Assembly: GCA_951406725.2 (NCBI GenBank)
Contig: OX597823.1
Location: forward strand, 117,924,001-117,988,000
Length of the DNA stretch: 64,000 bases
Direction of reading: 5' to 3'
DNA from: Octopus vulgaris
Lineage: Eukaryota
Part shown: piece by piece, positions 40,301 to 52,213 of the stretch
Position numbering within the stretch: position 1 is the stretch's first letter
Layout of the letters: each line of letters opens with the position of its first letter
Notes under the pieces: model-generated
Databases searched by the model: none
What the model saw: the letters and a program-made list of their open reading frames with translations, nothing else
What the model was told of the DNA's origin: nothing
Program-made: the position numbers and the translations under genes

Positions 40301-42111
40301 TTTTCTTTTTTCTGACCTTATGTCCACTAGGAAATAGGTAAATTTCATTATGCAGTTAACAAAAGCAAAGTCTAAAAAAAATAATAGCCATTTTTCATAC
40401 TTTTTCAATACCAGTAATTAGCAAATAACACTGAGTGTGCTAGGTGAGTGCTGCACACCTACCTAAGATTGGAAACTGATCTCCCTGCTACTTTTTATCT
40501 ATAGTACTTGTATAGGATTATTTCTTATTTACTTTCACACTCCCCTATAATAAACAGTGCATTTTTGTGGCAAGAAGTTGAATGTTTAATTCACTGAAAA
40601 TTTATTGATAAACTGATTTCTCAAAAATAATTCTGTTCTTGTGGTTTCTTTATATAAACTAGCAGTAATTTATTTTCAAATTTAATAATTCACACTCAGA
40701 AGCAAGCTCGAAGTAGCATAAAGCAAGAATGGGTATTTTTGAGGAATACATATACTTGCAGATTTGACATAATCGTATAGTGGATGCCATGACAATAACT
40801 ACCATATCTACCATATATTGTGTTGCCTTGCAATAACTATGGATATTTCAGTGATTAGGCATCTTTCAGGTTTGTATTTTATATCATAGTTTGATGAGAG
40901 AGAAATCATCTGAAGAATTGTGTGGCCCAGTCTGTGAACCAAAAACTGGAATGTATAAGGAAGTTACAGGCTTGTGCTTTGATGATAAAGAGTTTGTAAA
41001 AAGTATGGTGTGAAAAGTAAACAGCTTGCAGGTATATGCATGGCTATTTCATTTGAAATATAATGTTGATGTAAATTCTAAATCATTATTTGCCAGTACA
41101 AGGAAGCATATGTGAACTTCAAAATATATCAATGTTGAAAAGACACTGATGAAGTAGTTTAACCATCAACAATCCTAGAGTAACAACATCCACAGTTTCA
41201 CAGCTAGTGACAGGTAGTTATGGTAATTTAGAAATCACAATGAAATGGATAATGAAATTGCCCAAGGTGAAGCAGGGAGCACACAAACCAAGGAAGCTCA
41301 ACCAGTCAAGAAAAAAAATGAATAAGTTGAGAAGGCTCCTAATTTACTCCATGTATAATGGAAATGCAATTGAGCTGTACTAGCTGTACATTAACCAAGC
41401 TTTTAAAACGGAACCTCCACACCAGGTTGTAAATTAAATGAGGAACATTTTTCAGCATAGTGCTGTGCCTACAGAGACAACTTAGAACTTTATAAAGTTA
41501 TGGTCACGGTCGTGAGACTTGAAAGACATAATGCACTATCCGCCAGCATGTTATCCTAATAAATTGTGATTTAACATTCACATTTTTAGTGAGCAAGTTT
41601 TCTCACATTTCATTCCTACAGTAACAAGATGTCCTCAAATCTTCTGCTGATGAGGAGTAGAAAGTACTAATGGTGAAAGAAAAGGATGATCTTAGAGAAA
41701 AAGGATTAGAACAAAGAACTCTTGGTAACACCAAGAACTACAACCTCAAATCCTGTATTATTCAATTTAACAACATCATAGAAACCACTGAAGACTACCA
41801 TTCTAACCAACAACCAGAAAATAACTTTTGGGTGACGAAGCAGTAGAATACGTTTTTGTAGTATATGAGACAAAAGATTTTCATCATATATTCCAAAGGA
41901 CAGGCAAAACAGACGTCAAAGAAAATGTCAGAACCTGGCTAGGAGATACAAAATGTTAACTTGGATATTACACGCTAACAGAAAAAAACTCTGATATATG
42001 AAAATCCTTTGTCATTTTATAAACTAACTCATGAACAGAAACTAATGTTGAGCAATATTATCAACATCTTGGAACCTTAAAAAAACTCATTATCTAGAGA
42101 CAGCATCAGCA

Positions 42112-42481
42112 GTGGAGGTGCAATGGCCCAATGATTAGGGCAGCGAACTCGCGGTCGGAGGATCACAGTTTCGATTCCCAGACCGGGCGATGTGTGTGTT
42201 TATTGAGCAAAAACACCTAAAAGCTCCACGAGGCTCCGGCAGGGGGTGGTGGCGACCCCTGTTGTACTCTTTCGCTCCAACTTTCTCTCACACTTTCTTC
42301 CTATTTCTTGTCCCCAACTTCCAACACAACCACTGAGCCTGGATGTGCATTCATCCATCCGTCGATGCTCTCAGTGTCGGGGGTTGACCTGCTTTCTCTT
42401 CTGCGGGTCTTATGAATAGCAAAGGACCACGTTTCGGATTTCTCCCATCTTGCGAGCTCTGGGACGAAGACCGTTCGCTCA
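42112..42481 (+). mobile_element. tRNA-derived SINE (head shared with 20533-20840, different body)
   Basis: GTGGAGGTGCAATGGCCCAATGATTAG...GTTTCGATTCC, flanked by near-TSD ACAGCATCAGCA / ACAGCAACAGCA. Confidence 0.78.
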
Positions 42482-43517
42482 ACAGCAACAGCAAGGTAAG
42501 CTGAAACTCAACTCTTTTCAAACCTGCCACAATTGATAAGCCCACTGGTGATATTGACTTAGGCTCTCCTCAGTCATCTCAGAAGTGAGGACCAAAGGAA
42601 CATCAGGACTCCACTAACTCACGTTGACAATCTGCCTCTACCATATCAAGCTCATCTATCATTTTCCACATGTAAATGAAGTTAACAACTTACAATATTA
42701 ACTTTTTAATTTTTACATACTTTAATGTTAGATATTTCATAGAGTATATATATTTTTAAGTGTTATATAAATATATGATATTTACAGTATTTCCTGTATT
42801 TATGTTATTGTTTATCAGATTTATCAAGTCTGATCCAAACCAACCAGCCCACTGGTGCATAACATATACTGGTTTCCTTAAGCAATTCACTTAAGCAATT
42901 GAGCATACAAAGCTACTCCTGAACAGGATACCAATCTGTCACACAGTTAACTTGTCAGCTATTGCTGATGTTCATTTTAGCTGAGTGGACTTGGGCAGTA
43001 AGAAATGAAATGCCTTACTCAAGAACACAATATGTGACCCAAACTAAGAACAGAGCCCACAACCTACCAATAGTGAACACAACACTCAAATCACTATACC
43101 ACACACATTAATAGGTTTATCAGGAACAGTAAATACCTTTCCAAAATCATATATGTATACGATATTAACCCCTGTTCTCATTTTACTTGAACATTGAGTT
43201 AAAAACCGAAACTCTTCCTCCTTACTAGTATGGTTGGGCTATGATCAAATAAAACACTCAAATATAAAACTTTAATAAATATTATCAATGAATTATAATA
43301 ATGATTAATGATAATACCAATTTGCTTCATTTGGCAGAACTAGTCAAACAAATAAGATCAGAAGAGGGACTTTAACCCTTTAGCATTTAAACCGGCCATA
43401 TCCAGCCAAAATATTCTACATGTTTTTTTGCTCAAACTGGCCAGATTTAACCTCTCACATCTACTTGGCAATGACATACTAAAAATATACAATCACATCA
43501 TCAAAATTTCAAAACTA

Positions 43518-43668
43518 TACTCTTATACTCGTTTCAGTCATTTGACTGTGGCTATGCTGGAGCACCACCTTTAGTCAAGCAAATCGACCCCAGGACTATT
43601 GCTGAACCGCTAAGTTACGGGGACGTAAACACACTAGAATCAGTTGTCAAGCGATGTTGAGGGGACAA

Positions 43669-43711
<43 letters not shown>

Positions 43712-43895
43712 TATATACACACACATATATATGACAGGCTTCTTTCAGTTTCCGTCTACCAAATCCACTCACAAAGCTTTGGTCGGCCCGAGGCTATAGT
43801 AGAAGACACTTGCCCAAGGTGCCATGCAGTGGGACTGAACCCAGAACCATGTGGTTGGTAAGCAAGCTACTTACCACACAGCCACTCCTGCACCT
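43518..43895 (-). mobile_element. Abundant tRNA-derived SINE nested in a TTAA MITE (~43377-43972)
   Basis: Head GGTGCAGGAGTGGCTGTGTGGTAAG...GGGTTCAGTCC and a CORE-like CCTTGGGCAAGTGTCTT, then internal (TA)n and tail CCAGCATAGCCACAGTCAAATGACTGAAAC. Confidence 0.85.
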
Positions 43896-44067
43896 AAAAT
43901 ATGCATTTAATTCAAAACAATATAAGTAAATAATTATTACTTTTGGCAGAATAATCTGAGAGCTAAAAGGTTAGTGTCAAGGCTATGAAAATATCTAGAC
44001 TATGTTTATAAATATGTATAAATGTTGCAAGGAGTTGAAGGAGAGAGCTGAATGGAAGAGATGTATA

Positions 44068-44907
44068 CATGGTCTGATCAAGAAATATCCAGCCTATCGC
44101 CATAGTAATGAAGCTAAAGCATGCAGGGTAAAATTGCTTGGCATAAATTGACCTTGACCTCTGCTGTGCATGCACACTAAGTTTTAATGTCCTAGCTCAC
44201 TTCCGCTGCTTATAGCAGTGCTTGGAAGGAAGGTGTGTAGTGTGTGATCATCACATTGACCATGACAGAGAAAGTTGAGCAGAGAATCTGTATCAAATTT
44301 TGCCGAAAGCTTGGCGATACCTGCTCAGAGGCCTATGCCAAGTTTTTAAAAAGTTTTCATCGTTCTCGAGACAATCAAAGAGATCTTGTGCAACTAAAAC
44401 CCAAGTGTCTTTTTGGTCAACTTGGCAGACATGCATCTCATATCCAAATCTTCAGTGATAATCAACTGAACTGAACAGTAACTAATCTGCACATCCTCTG
44501 ATATCCCATGGATGGTGATTCGATGATTTTCCTCACAGCTGCAATGTTTTTCTCAGTTCTGCTGGTTGCAGGTCTCCCAGAACATTCATCCCAGAATGAC
44601 TATCTTGGAACCACTCATACACTTGTGTGTGGCTCATACACTCCTCTCCATACACTTTCTGCAACTTTGTGAAAGCCTCTGAGCAGGTATCGCCATGACA
44701 ACTTTCTCTGTTATGGTCAACGCGATGATCACATGCTACATACCTTCCTTCCAAGCACTGCTATAAACAGCAGAAGTGAGCTAGAAAGTTAAAACTTACT
44801 GCACATGTACAGCAGAGTTCAAGTCAATTTTTACCAGGTGGCTTCACTCTGCACACTTTAACTTCATTATTATGGCAACATTCCAGATACTTATTGATCA
44901 GACCTCA
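44068..44907. mobile_element. Fold-back mariner derivative made of two inverted 5' halves
   Basis: TA-flanked TIRs (GGTCTGATCAA). The left arm encodes MTEKVEQRICIKFCRKLGDTCSEAYAK on +. The right arm encodes the same N-terminus (GDTCSEAFTKLQKVYGEECMSHTQVYEWF) on -. Confidence 0.85.
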
Positions 44908-46023
44908 TATATGGAATGAGATATATAGAGCAAAAGAGTGGAGTAGAAGGAAAATGAGTTGGAAGATTAAAATGAATAAAGATGCAGAGAAACCTGTGTA
45001 TGTATATAAATATCATACACAATCATCATAGAATCTGCCCTTATCTAAGACAGAAACCCTTTGTTACCAGCAAAGGAAATAGCTCCTTTCAGAAAACCCA
45101 CCCCATCCCAATTGCTAGTTTGGTCATCTAAGTAACAGAAAGCAATCAACTACTTCCAAAGAGTTGTTCAGACATTTGAGGGAATCTGTTTCACAGATGC
45201 TCAGTGCTTACTGTACGTGTGCATCCATGACATAAGACATTTATCATCTTTGTTAACCTGCACAGATATTGGCAGTGCCAAACACCTTGTCCAAAGGTTC
45301 AGATTTTTACATCTGTCTTGCTGTATAGTTGTGTGACAGGGACACTGTCTGGGGCCCTTAAAAGCTGCATGAACTCCTTTAGTGCCAGGATGCTTTGCAG
45401 AATTATGGGTTATCATTGGCTGGACTTCCTATTCAACTAACAACTCTACTCGGAAACTAGGATGTGTTCTGCAACTTGTATGATTCAGGAGGGGCCAGCT
45501 CAGATTGTTGCTTGATTTTCCAAGTTAGAACCTATTTACGATGTTCTTTTTATCAAAGATCCAGCAGGATTGATGGCTCATGTTGGTCAACCACATGCTA
45601 CAAGGTCACAGCAGATGAAGGAGGTATCTCACTGAGATAGGAGCTGATTGGGACTCTGTCTGACTGGTCACCCAAGAGAACCCAGGAATATACCAACAAA
45701 TGGTGAATGCAGCAATGCAATGCAACAGCCCATGCCTCCACACTATACCTGACTTGTTAACCTGCTTATTATCCTGCCCCCTTCTTGATCAATCACAGTT
45801 TATACTGGATACACCACATGGAATTTCTACCTACTCCTTTTTTTGTATAATGAGGCACAGGCATGGCAGTGTGGTGAAGAAGTATGCTTTCCAACCACAT
45901 GGGTTCAGATGCAGTCCCACAGTATGGCATCTTTGGCAAGAGTCCTGCTATAACACCAGGCCAACTAAAGCCTTATGAGTCAATTTGGTTGATGGAAATT
46001 GATATAAGCCCATCATATACATA

Positions 46024-46325
46024 TCATCATCATCGTTTAATGCTTGCTTTCCATGCTAGCATGGGTTGGACAATTTGACTGAGGGCTGGCGAACCAAATG
46101 GCTGCACCAGGCTCCAAACTTGATCTGGCAAAGTTTCTACAGCTGGATGCCCTTCCTAACGCTAACCACTTCAAGAGTGTAGTGGGTGCTTTTACATGCC
46201 CCTGGCATGGGGGCCAGTCAGGCTGTACTGGCAATGAACTCGCTTGAATCTTTTTACACATGCCACCGGCACAGGTGCCAGTAAGATGATGCTGGTAACG
46301 ATTATGCTCGGTGATGCTGGTAACG
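46024..46325 (-). mobile_element. (GAT)n-tailed retroposon
   Basis: Reverse complement of the 1815-2033 family, with a longer 5' part. Confidence 0.78.
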
Positions 46326-46338
46326 ATATATATATATA

Positions 46339-46948
46339 CATGCATATATGGGTACAGGACGTCACCAACAATGCAAATAACATGAAATATGTAAACAAAC
46401 GAGTTAAATACACAAACAACAAGAAAAAATGGAAAACAGGACAAGTAAACACAGAGAAAGGACCCATCATCAGGTGTTGGCTGTCTCTCTACTCCTTATT
46501 TCCAGCATTCAACAAGAATATGAATCTTCAAAGACAGTTGTTCTCATAAATTCTAAAATAAAATTTAGGGTTTATGGAGGGTCAAAGTTGGGAACAAAAA
46601 CATGACAGTGGAGACATACAAGGAAACCAAACCCTCCATGTTTGTTTTCGTTCAGTTTCCTTGTATGTCTCCACTGTCATATTTTTGTTCCCAACTTTGA
46701 CCCTCCGCAAATCCTAAATTCTATTTTAGAATTTATCGGAGCAACTGTTTTTGAAGACTCATATTGTTGTTGAATGTTCAAAATAAGGAGTAGAGAGACA
46801 GCCGACAACTGATGGGGGGGGTCCTTTCTCTGTGTTTACTTGTCCTGTTTTCCATTTATTTTCTTGTTGCTTACATATTTTACTCGTTTGTTTACATATT
46901 TCATGGTATTTTGTACCATTGGTGACATCCTGTACCCATATATGCATG
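46339..46948. repeat. ~290-bp inverted repeat with 27-nt spacer (probable Penelope-like fold-back)
   Basis: 46339-46627 is the reverse complement of 46655-46948, with scattered, often CpG-type, differences. Confidence 0.88.
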
Positions 46949-49900
46949 TGTGTGTGTGTGTGTGTGCGAGAGTATGCATGTGTGTGTATGTGTTTGTCTT
47001 CCCTTGTCTGGAAATTATGCAATATAAATGAGCATCTTTATCATACAAGTGGTATCCCGCTTTTCCAATATTCCCTGAAAACATATTTAGCCTTGGAGAA
47101 ATATTATCTTACTTGGAAACAGGTAAAGGTTGGTGACAGGAAGGGTATCCAGCCATAGAAAACCAGCCTCAATGAATCTACTCTGAACCATGCAAGCATG
47201 GAAAAGTAGATGTTATGATGATGAAGATAACAACATTTATAAAAAAAGTCATTTGGCACAATCCTTACAGCAGTATTAGTATTCTGTGTTCCAACCCCAC
47301 CAAGGCCAACTATGCTTTCATCCTTCCAGAGTCGATAAACAGAGTACCTGTCAAGTACCAGAGTTGAATATTCTTCTTCACTCAGAATCAGTTACACTGC
47401 ACTAGAGTTTTGAGGGAGCACTCTTAATGTTCCTTTCCTTCAAGAAAAGATGAGGATTGAGTCAGAGGCTAGCAATCACTTCTTGTTTAAGCAAGCCCAA
47501 AACAATATCCAAAGAAACCATTGAACATAGCAGGTGTAGATGGACCCATGTGCTGTACAGTACTGAAGTGGTTAAAAATAAAAAAACATTCTTCACAAGT
47601 TAGTTGGTTCTCAATTATTGATATACATTAAATCTCATACAGGATGCAGTTGAGAAATACAGTCGGTTAATTTACAATAAAATCCTCATTAAAAAAAAAT
47701 GGAATATACATAGCCCTAGGGAAGGAGAGTAACATTATATAAAAAAAAATTCCATGGGAGAGGGAAGGAAAATAAATCAGAGAAAAGGGTCATGGGTGTT
47801 TTTGTTTGTTTTTTTTTCAACCTCCATTCACAGGAAGCTACAGAATCTTAAAGGAAGACAGAACTATCACTCCAGTTCTTGTAGATGTAATAAACAGGAG
47901 ATACGTTTGGTACTAGATATGTGTTCAGTTTCAAGAAATTAATTTCAGCTAATATAACTGTTATCTGAATTGTAAAGTCTATTTAGTTTCAGCTAGACTA
48001 ATGCAATGAAAATAATGCATATTTAGCAAAAATACAGAAAAATGCTAAACAGTGAAAAAAAAAAGAAAGAAAGAATTACTTGGATTAAAAAATTTTCCTG
48101 AGTAAATATCTCTGAGAATAATAACATAATAAAAAGCTAATTCTATAAAGCGTAAAAGTATTTTACCATTATTCTCATTCATTCTTTAAAATGACTTCTC
48201 TTAAGAAACATTCATACCATAATTCTGTCTTCCCTTTCCATTATTCTGAATACCTATGCATTTACATATAACTATCTATCCAATGCCACAAATATGATAT
48301 GATGGGGATATAGCAATTGAATTTACAAGACTAGCTTCTATTTTATTGAGAGATGAATGAATATGTCAACCTCACTTAGATTTGAACCCAAAAGTGAAAG
48401 GAATATATGACAAAATATTTAATCCATCATTCTACTGTTTCTGTAACACCAGTACTCTAATTAATAAGGCCACAGAATTGTAATGGGGAGGGATTTAGTC
48501 AACTGAAAGGCATGTAGTGAGATGAAGAAGAATGTAGCTGAATTATATGACATAGATACAACACTGATTTTCCAGAAACTTTGGTTCCAAAGCCTTTCTA
48601 GATAACTGATTTTTCTGAATCAGGGATGGTTAGCACTAAGATAAAACAAATATTAAATTTATTCAATTAAATGAGATAAAGGTACTTGAACATTAATATT
48701 AATGATACAAGTTTAATTAGTACTGTCCTGTATAAAGTAAATGTGAAACACGGCTGCCCAGTAAACAAGTCTGGTAGCTGCAGAAATTTTAAGTTTTTGG
48801 TTCCAGACCATCAGTGACCAGAAAGTCTGTGTTGTACCTGTACTAGTATTTGTTTTGACAACTCAGCAGTAACAAGATGTTAACACCACACACGAATTAA
48901 ACTCATGACTCCAGTGTTTAATTCATCTGTCAGAGAAAGATGAAAAGCAAACAGTATCCCCGTGGGCCTTTGAACTTGGATCATAGAGAAGAAGAATTAA
49001 ATATTCTAAAGAGTTTAATCTGATGCACAATTCCACCACTTTCATAACTGATATAATTAATGATTTCTATCTTTGGCACAAGGCCACAAATTTGGATAAA
49101 AAGAAAGTAACAATCAATTGAATCAATGACTTGTAATTAGTTTAAGAACCTTAGAGACAGAACAAAATCAACCATAGCAGAATTTGAACACATAGTGTAA
49201 AGACAGAAGTAAATACTGCTTGACTACAGTACACAATCATTTCTGCCAATCCATCACCTGAAAAATATAAACTCTAAGGAACAAGATCAAATTTTTGAGA
49301 TGGGAACAGTCAATTAAACTGAGCCCATTGCACTTAATTATGCAATACATCATAATGTTTTAAAAATAAATTACCATCATTATTTTGGAGATATTGATGG
49401 GAAACCCCACTCCAACTGAGTCACAGAAAAGCTATGTCAGTATCTGGAGAGGATGTCACCATCATATTGCTGGATACACTGGAAATCAAGATGGTAGGAA
49501 CCAGTCTGTAAGAGTACCAGAAAGTGATAGAAACATGCACTACCTGGGACAAATCAGTGAGCTTGCAGTTTGACACTTGGAAAGCTAAGTCCATGTGGGA
49601 CAGTGCTTTCTGTTGCTGGACCACAGGCCCAGTTAAGGTGCCTGGGGCTTGCTGCAGATCAGATCTCCAGGTGAAGAATTTTTGTGAGCAAGGTGACCAG
49701 TTACACTCAGAAATGGACTGAAAGGCAAATGTCCCTGAAAACAACCAAAACTATCACAGACACGTGCAGAGTGATGAAATTGTCCAACACACTCTTGTTC
49801 ACTATTTGTGCATTGCTGATTTGTGTTGTTATATTATGGCATGCAGGATGGAGTCAAGTTTACTATGACAATCAACCAACCACCTTCTTTTAACAAGAGA

Positions 49901-51930
49901 GAGCAGGTAGTTTTCATCTTACTAATGGTTATAACAAAGAGAAGAGAGTAATGGATGCTGTTGAACATTTTAAGAGCAGAGTTATCCTTCTCATGCCAAG
50001 CCCTCATCAACTTCAAGTACCACTTTAGAAAGATGATGCTTCCCCCCCCAGTAAATCATAAAACATGTAAGAGTGGTGAAATTAGCATGGTTAAATGGGT
50101 CTACTCTATGTGACTGTAGATCTGTCTCAAAAACCGTGAAAAGACAATTGCATTCTGTGTATTAAGAAAATCTGAGGGATGTTCCACATTACCCTCTACA
50201 GCTGCCCACCTCCATTTGGGGTATCTTCCTACACAGCTGTTTAGTGCTATTTATTATATCTATTGTTATAGTCGATTCCGCTCCTTCAATTGATGTAAAT
50301 CCTCTCCACTGTTCGTTGTCTATTGTATTCAACCTTTGTACTATCCCCATCTAATCTTATACCCGAATTTTTCATTGTCAGAAGGCACTATCACCTTACT
50401 TATGACCGGTATTACATTCTAGAATCAAATCTAAATCCTCATTAATAATAATCATTATCTTCATGTCCATCATTATTGTTACTGCTCCTGTTAATGCTGC
50501 TACCGCTTCCATATTATCATTGTGGTCGTAGTCATGGTCGTTGTTCTTTCTAATAAAAGCAGCTGATCCAGATTGTCAAGTCAAGCAACTACAGAACATC
50601 ACCAGGAATGTGGGATGTGATGTGGATGGGGAGGGAGAGATAAGACCAGGACAAGTTGTTCGTTTTAGCACGAAACCGACCACTTCAGGCACACTGTGTA
50701 GACGTGTAAGTTATGAGCGTATGGGCGAACGTGTGAGTGTGAGACTGCGTTTTACAAATATGTGGCGACCAAACAATGATCTAAAAAAGACTCTTCCAGC
50801 TGCTTTGTTATTATTTGTGTTTACTTCCATGCCATGGTGGCAAGTGGGCGACGGGAAATAGAGAGGTTGGAATTGGGCATTTCGTTCCTGGTAGGATGTT
50901 CTTTCAAGTGGTTACAATGCGGTGCTAAACTGTCACCTGAATACCAGACTTGCATCACACGTGTTAAACTGTGTGAGTATTTGTATGCCTCCGTATCTGC
51001 GTCAATATCTGTTTCCACACAGAATCGCTGGTAAGAATGTCAACTCTTCCGGTGGGGACCAAAGAGTCTGACAACCACCCACGTCTCCAGAAAAGGAAGA
51101 ACTTCACAAAACAATAACCTTTTTTTTTTTTTTATCATAACCCCGAAATAATTAAACAATGGATTTCGACAAAAACAAAATCTATATTTTACGTATTTTC
51201 ATACGTAAAATGCCCGGCACATAGTAAACAGAAAAGAAATGAAAGAATAAGAAATATATCTGTTTAATATCAATATTGGCGTGGCAAGCTGTCTTATATT
51301 ATGTGAGCTTGTATAAATATACATACATATATATATACACACACTTCGTTTTTGTATCTGGTTTGCAAGATTCTTTATGTAAAAATATTATATATATATA
51401 TAATATTATGTATATAATATTATGTATATATAAATAATGTGGACGAGTTCCTGTTGGTGTAACGTGTATCTCGGTGTCAAATGTGATCTTTATACGATGA
51501 ATTTATTTCAATGGTAAAGTGATCCTGATTGAAATATCCAATATCCAATTGATTGTCTCACCCAAACACACACACGAGGCGGTTGTGCGTGTGACACAGG
51601 GACAGAGACAGGGGAAAATGTGTATAAAGGGAAATATGAAGAGGGAATGGATGGAAGCATTCCGGGATTCATAAGAGTCGTTTAAGTCACGAAATAAAGG
51701 AAGAAACCATTTTTATTCAAGGAATACAGCTAAAAAGAAGGGAAGAGTGGCGACGAGATTGTCAACAGGGCCAATCTAATCAACATCAACACATTAAAGC
51801 AATTAGGAAAATGAAGGTTAAGTTGTGAAAACAAACGGAGAAGAATAAAGAGAGAGAGAGCGATAAAGAAATAGAGAGAGGGGGAGAGAGGAGTGTAGAG
51901 ATGAAGAGAGAGGGGGAGAGTGTTACTCAC

Positions 51931-52071
51931 CCGGCAGTACCAGATACTCAGCGTATTTTCTGACAGCACAGCAAAAAGCATACGATTACAGTTGCTGGCA
52001 ATGAAATGGGGACATGAAGATTTATCGGGTATTAGCTTCAGGTATTTCGGCCACCCCAGGGGGAAATACAT
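51931..52071 (-). CDS. RIC1: RIC1 coding exon 1 (47 codons)
   Basis: Translates MYFPLGWPKYLKLIPDKSSCPHFIASNCNRMLFAVLSENTLSIWYCR, matching the RIC1 N-terminus as I recall it (MYFxxGWPK...FAVL...LSIWYxR). It ends at a consensus donor CGG|GTGAGT (phase 0). Confidence 0.93.
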
Positions 52072-52173
52072 TGTGCATTTGGCAATCCAAACCGTAACAG
52101 ACGATACCTAAACTTCATGACAAGAAGGAGAAGCCATTTAAGCTACGAACCTAACTTGCTTGTAAGAAAACTC

Positions 52174-52213
52174 ATTTGATTGGCTCGTTTCGCAGCGATC
52201 CAACCAATCAAAT
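52174..52213. promoter_or_regulatory. Candidate RIC1 proximal promoter: inverted pair of CCAAT (NF-Y) boxes
   Basis: ATTTGATTGG (52174-52183) and CCAATCAAAT (52204-52213) form a perfect 10-bp inverted repeat ~100-140 nt upstream of the ATG, in a CpG-retaining region. Confidence 0.55.

Larger units (their letters stand above)
45853..47230 (+). mobile_element. tRNA-SINE (22585 type) split by two nested insertions in its internal microsatellite
   Basis: Head 45853-46020 and tail ~46950-47230 match the two halves of 22585-23030. Confidence 0.68.
4032..51930 (-). other. RIC1: RIC1 intron 1 (47,899 nt, GT-AG, phase 0)
   Basis: Defined by the exon 1 donor and exon 2 acceptor. The spliced peptide WYCR|PSVQIV needs no intervening coding exon. 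Confidence 0.85.

Noticed and set aside
41647-41670. CTGATGA...GAAA hammerhead-like words
   Set aside because: No pairing stem II or stem I.
38450-42100. Coding-like patches (e.g. KALQGK, CGPVCEPK) suggesting old transposon ORFs or a nested gene
   Set aside because: Fragmented by stops, with no termini or splice pattern. TBLASTX or a Dfam search is needed to classify them.
50541-51034. Overlapping 65-106 aa ORFs in the CpG-rich start of intron 1
   Set aside because: No recognisable homology or splice context. Higher GC content alone lengthens ORFs.
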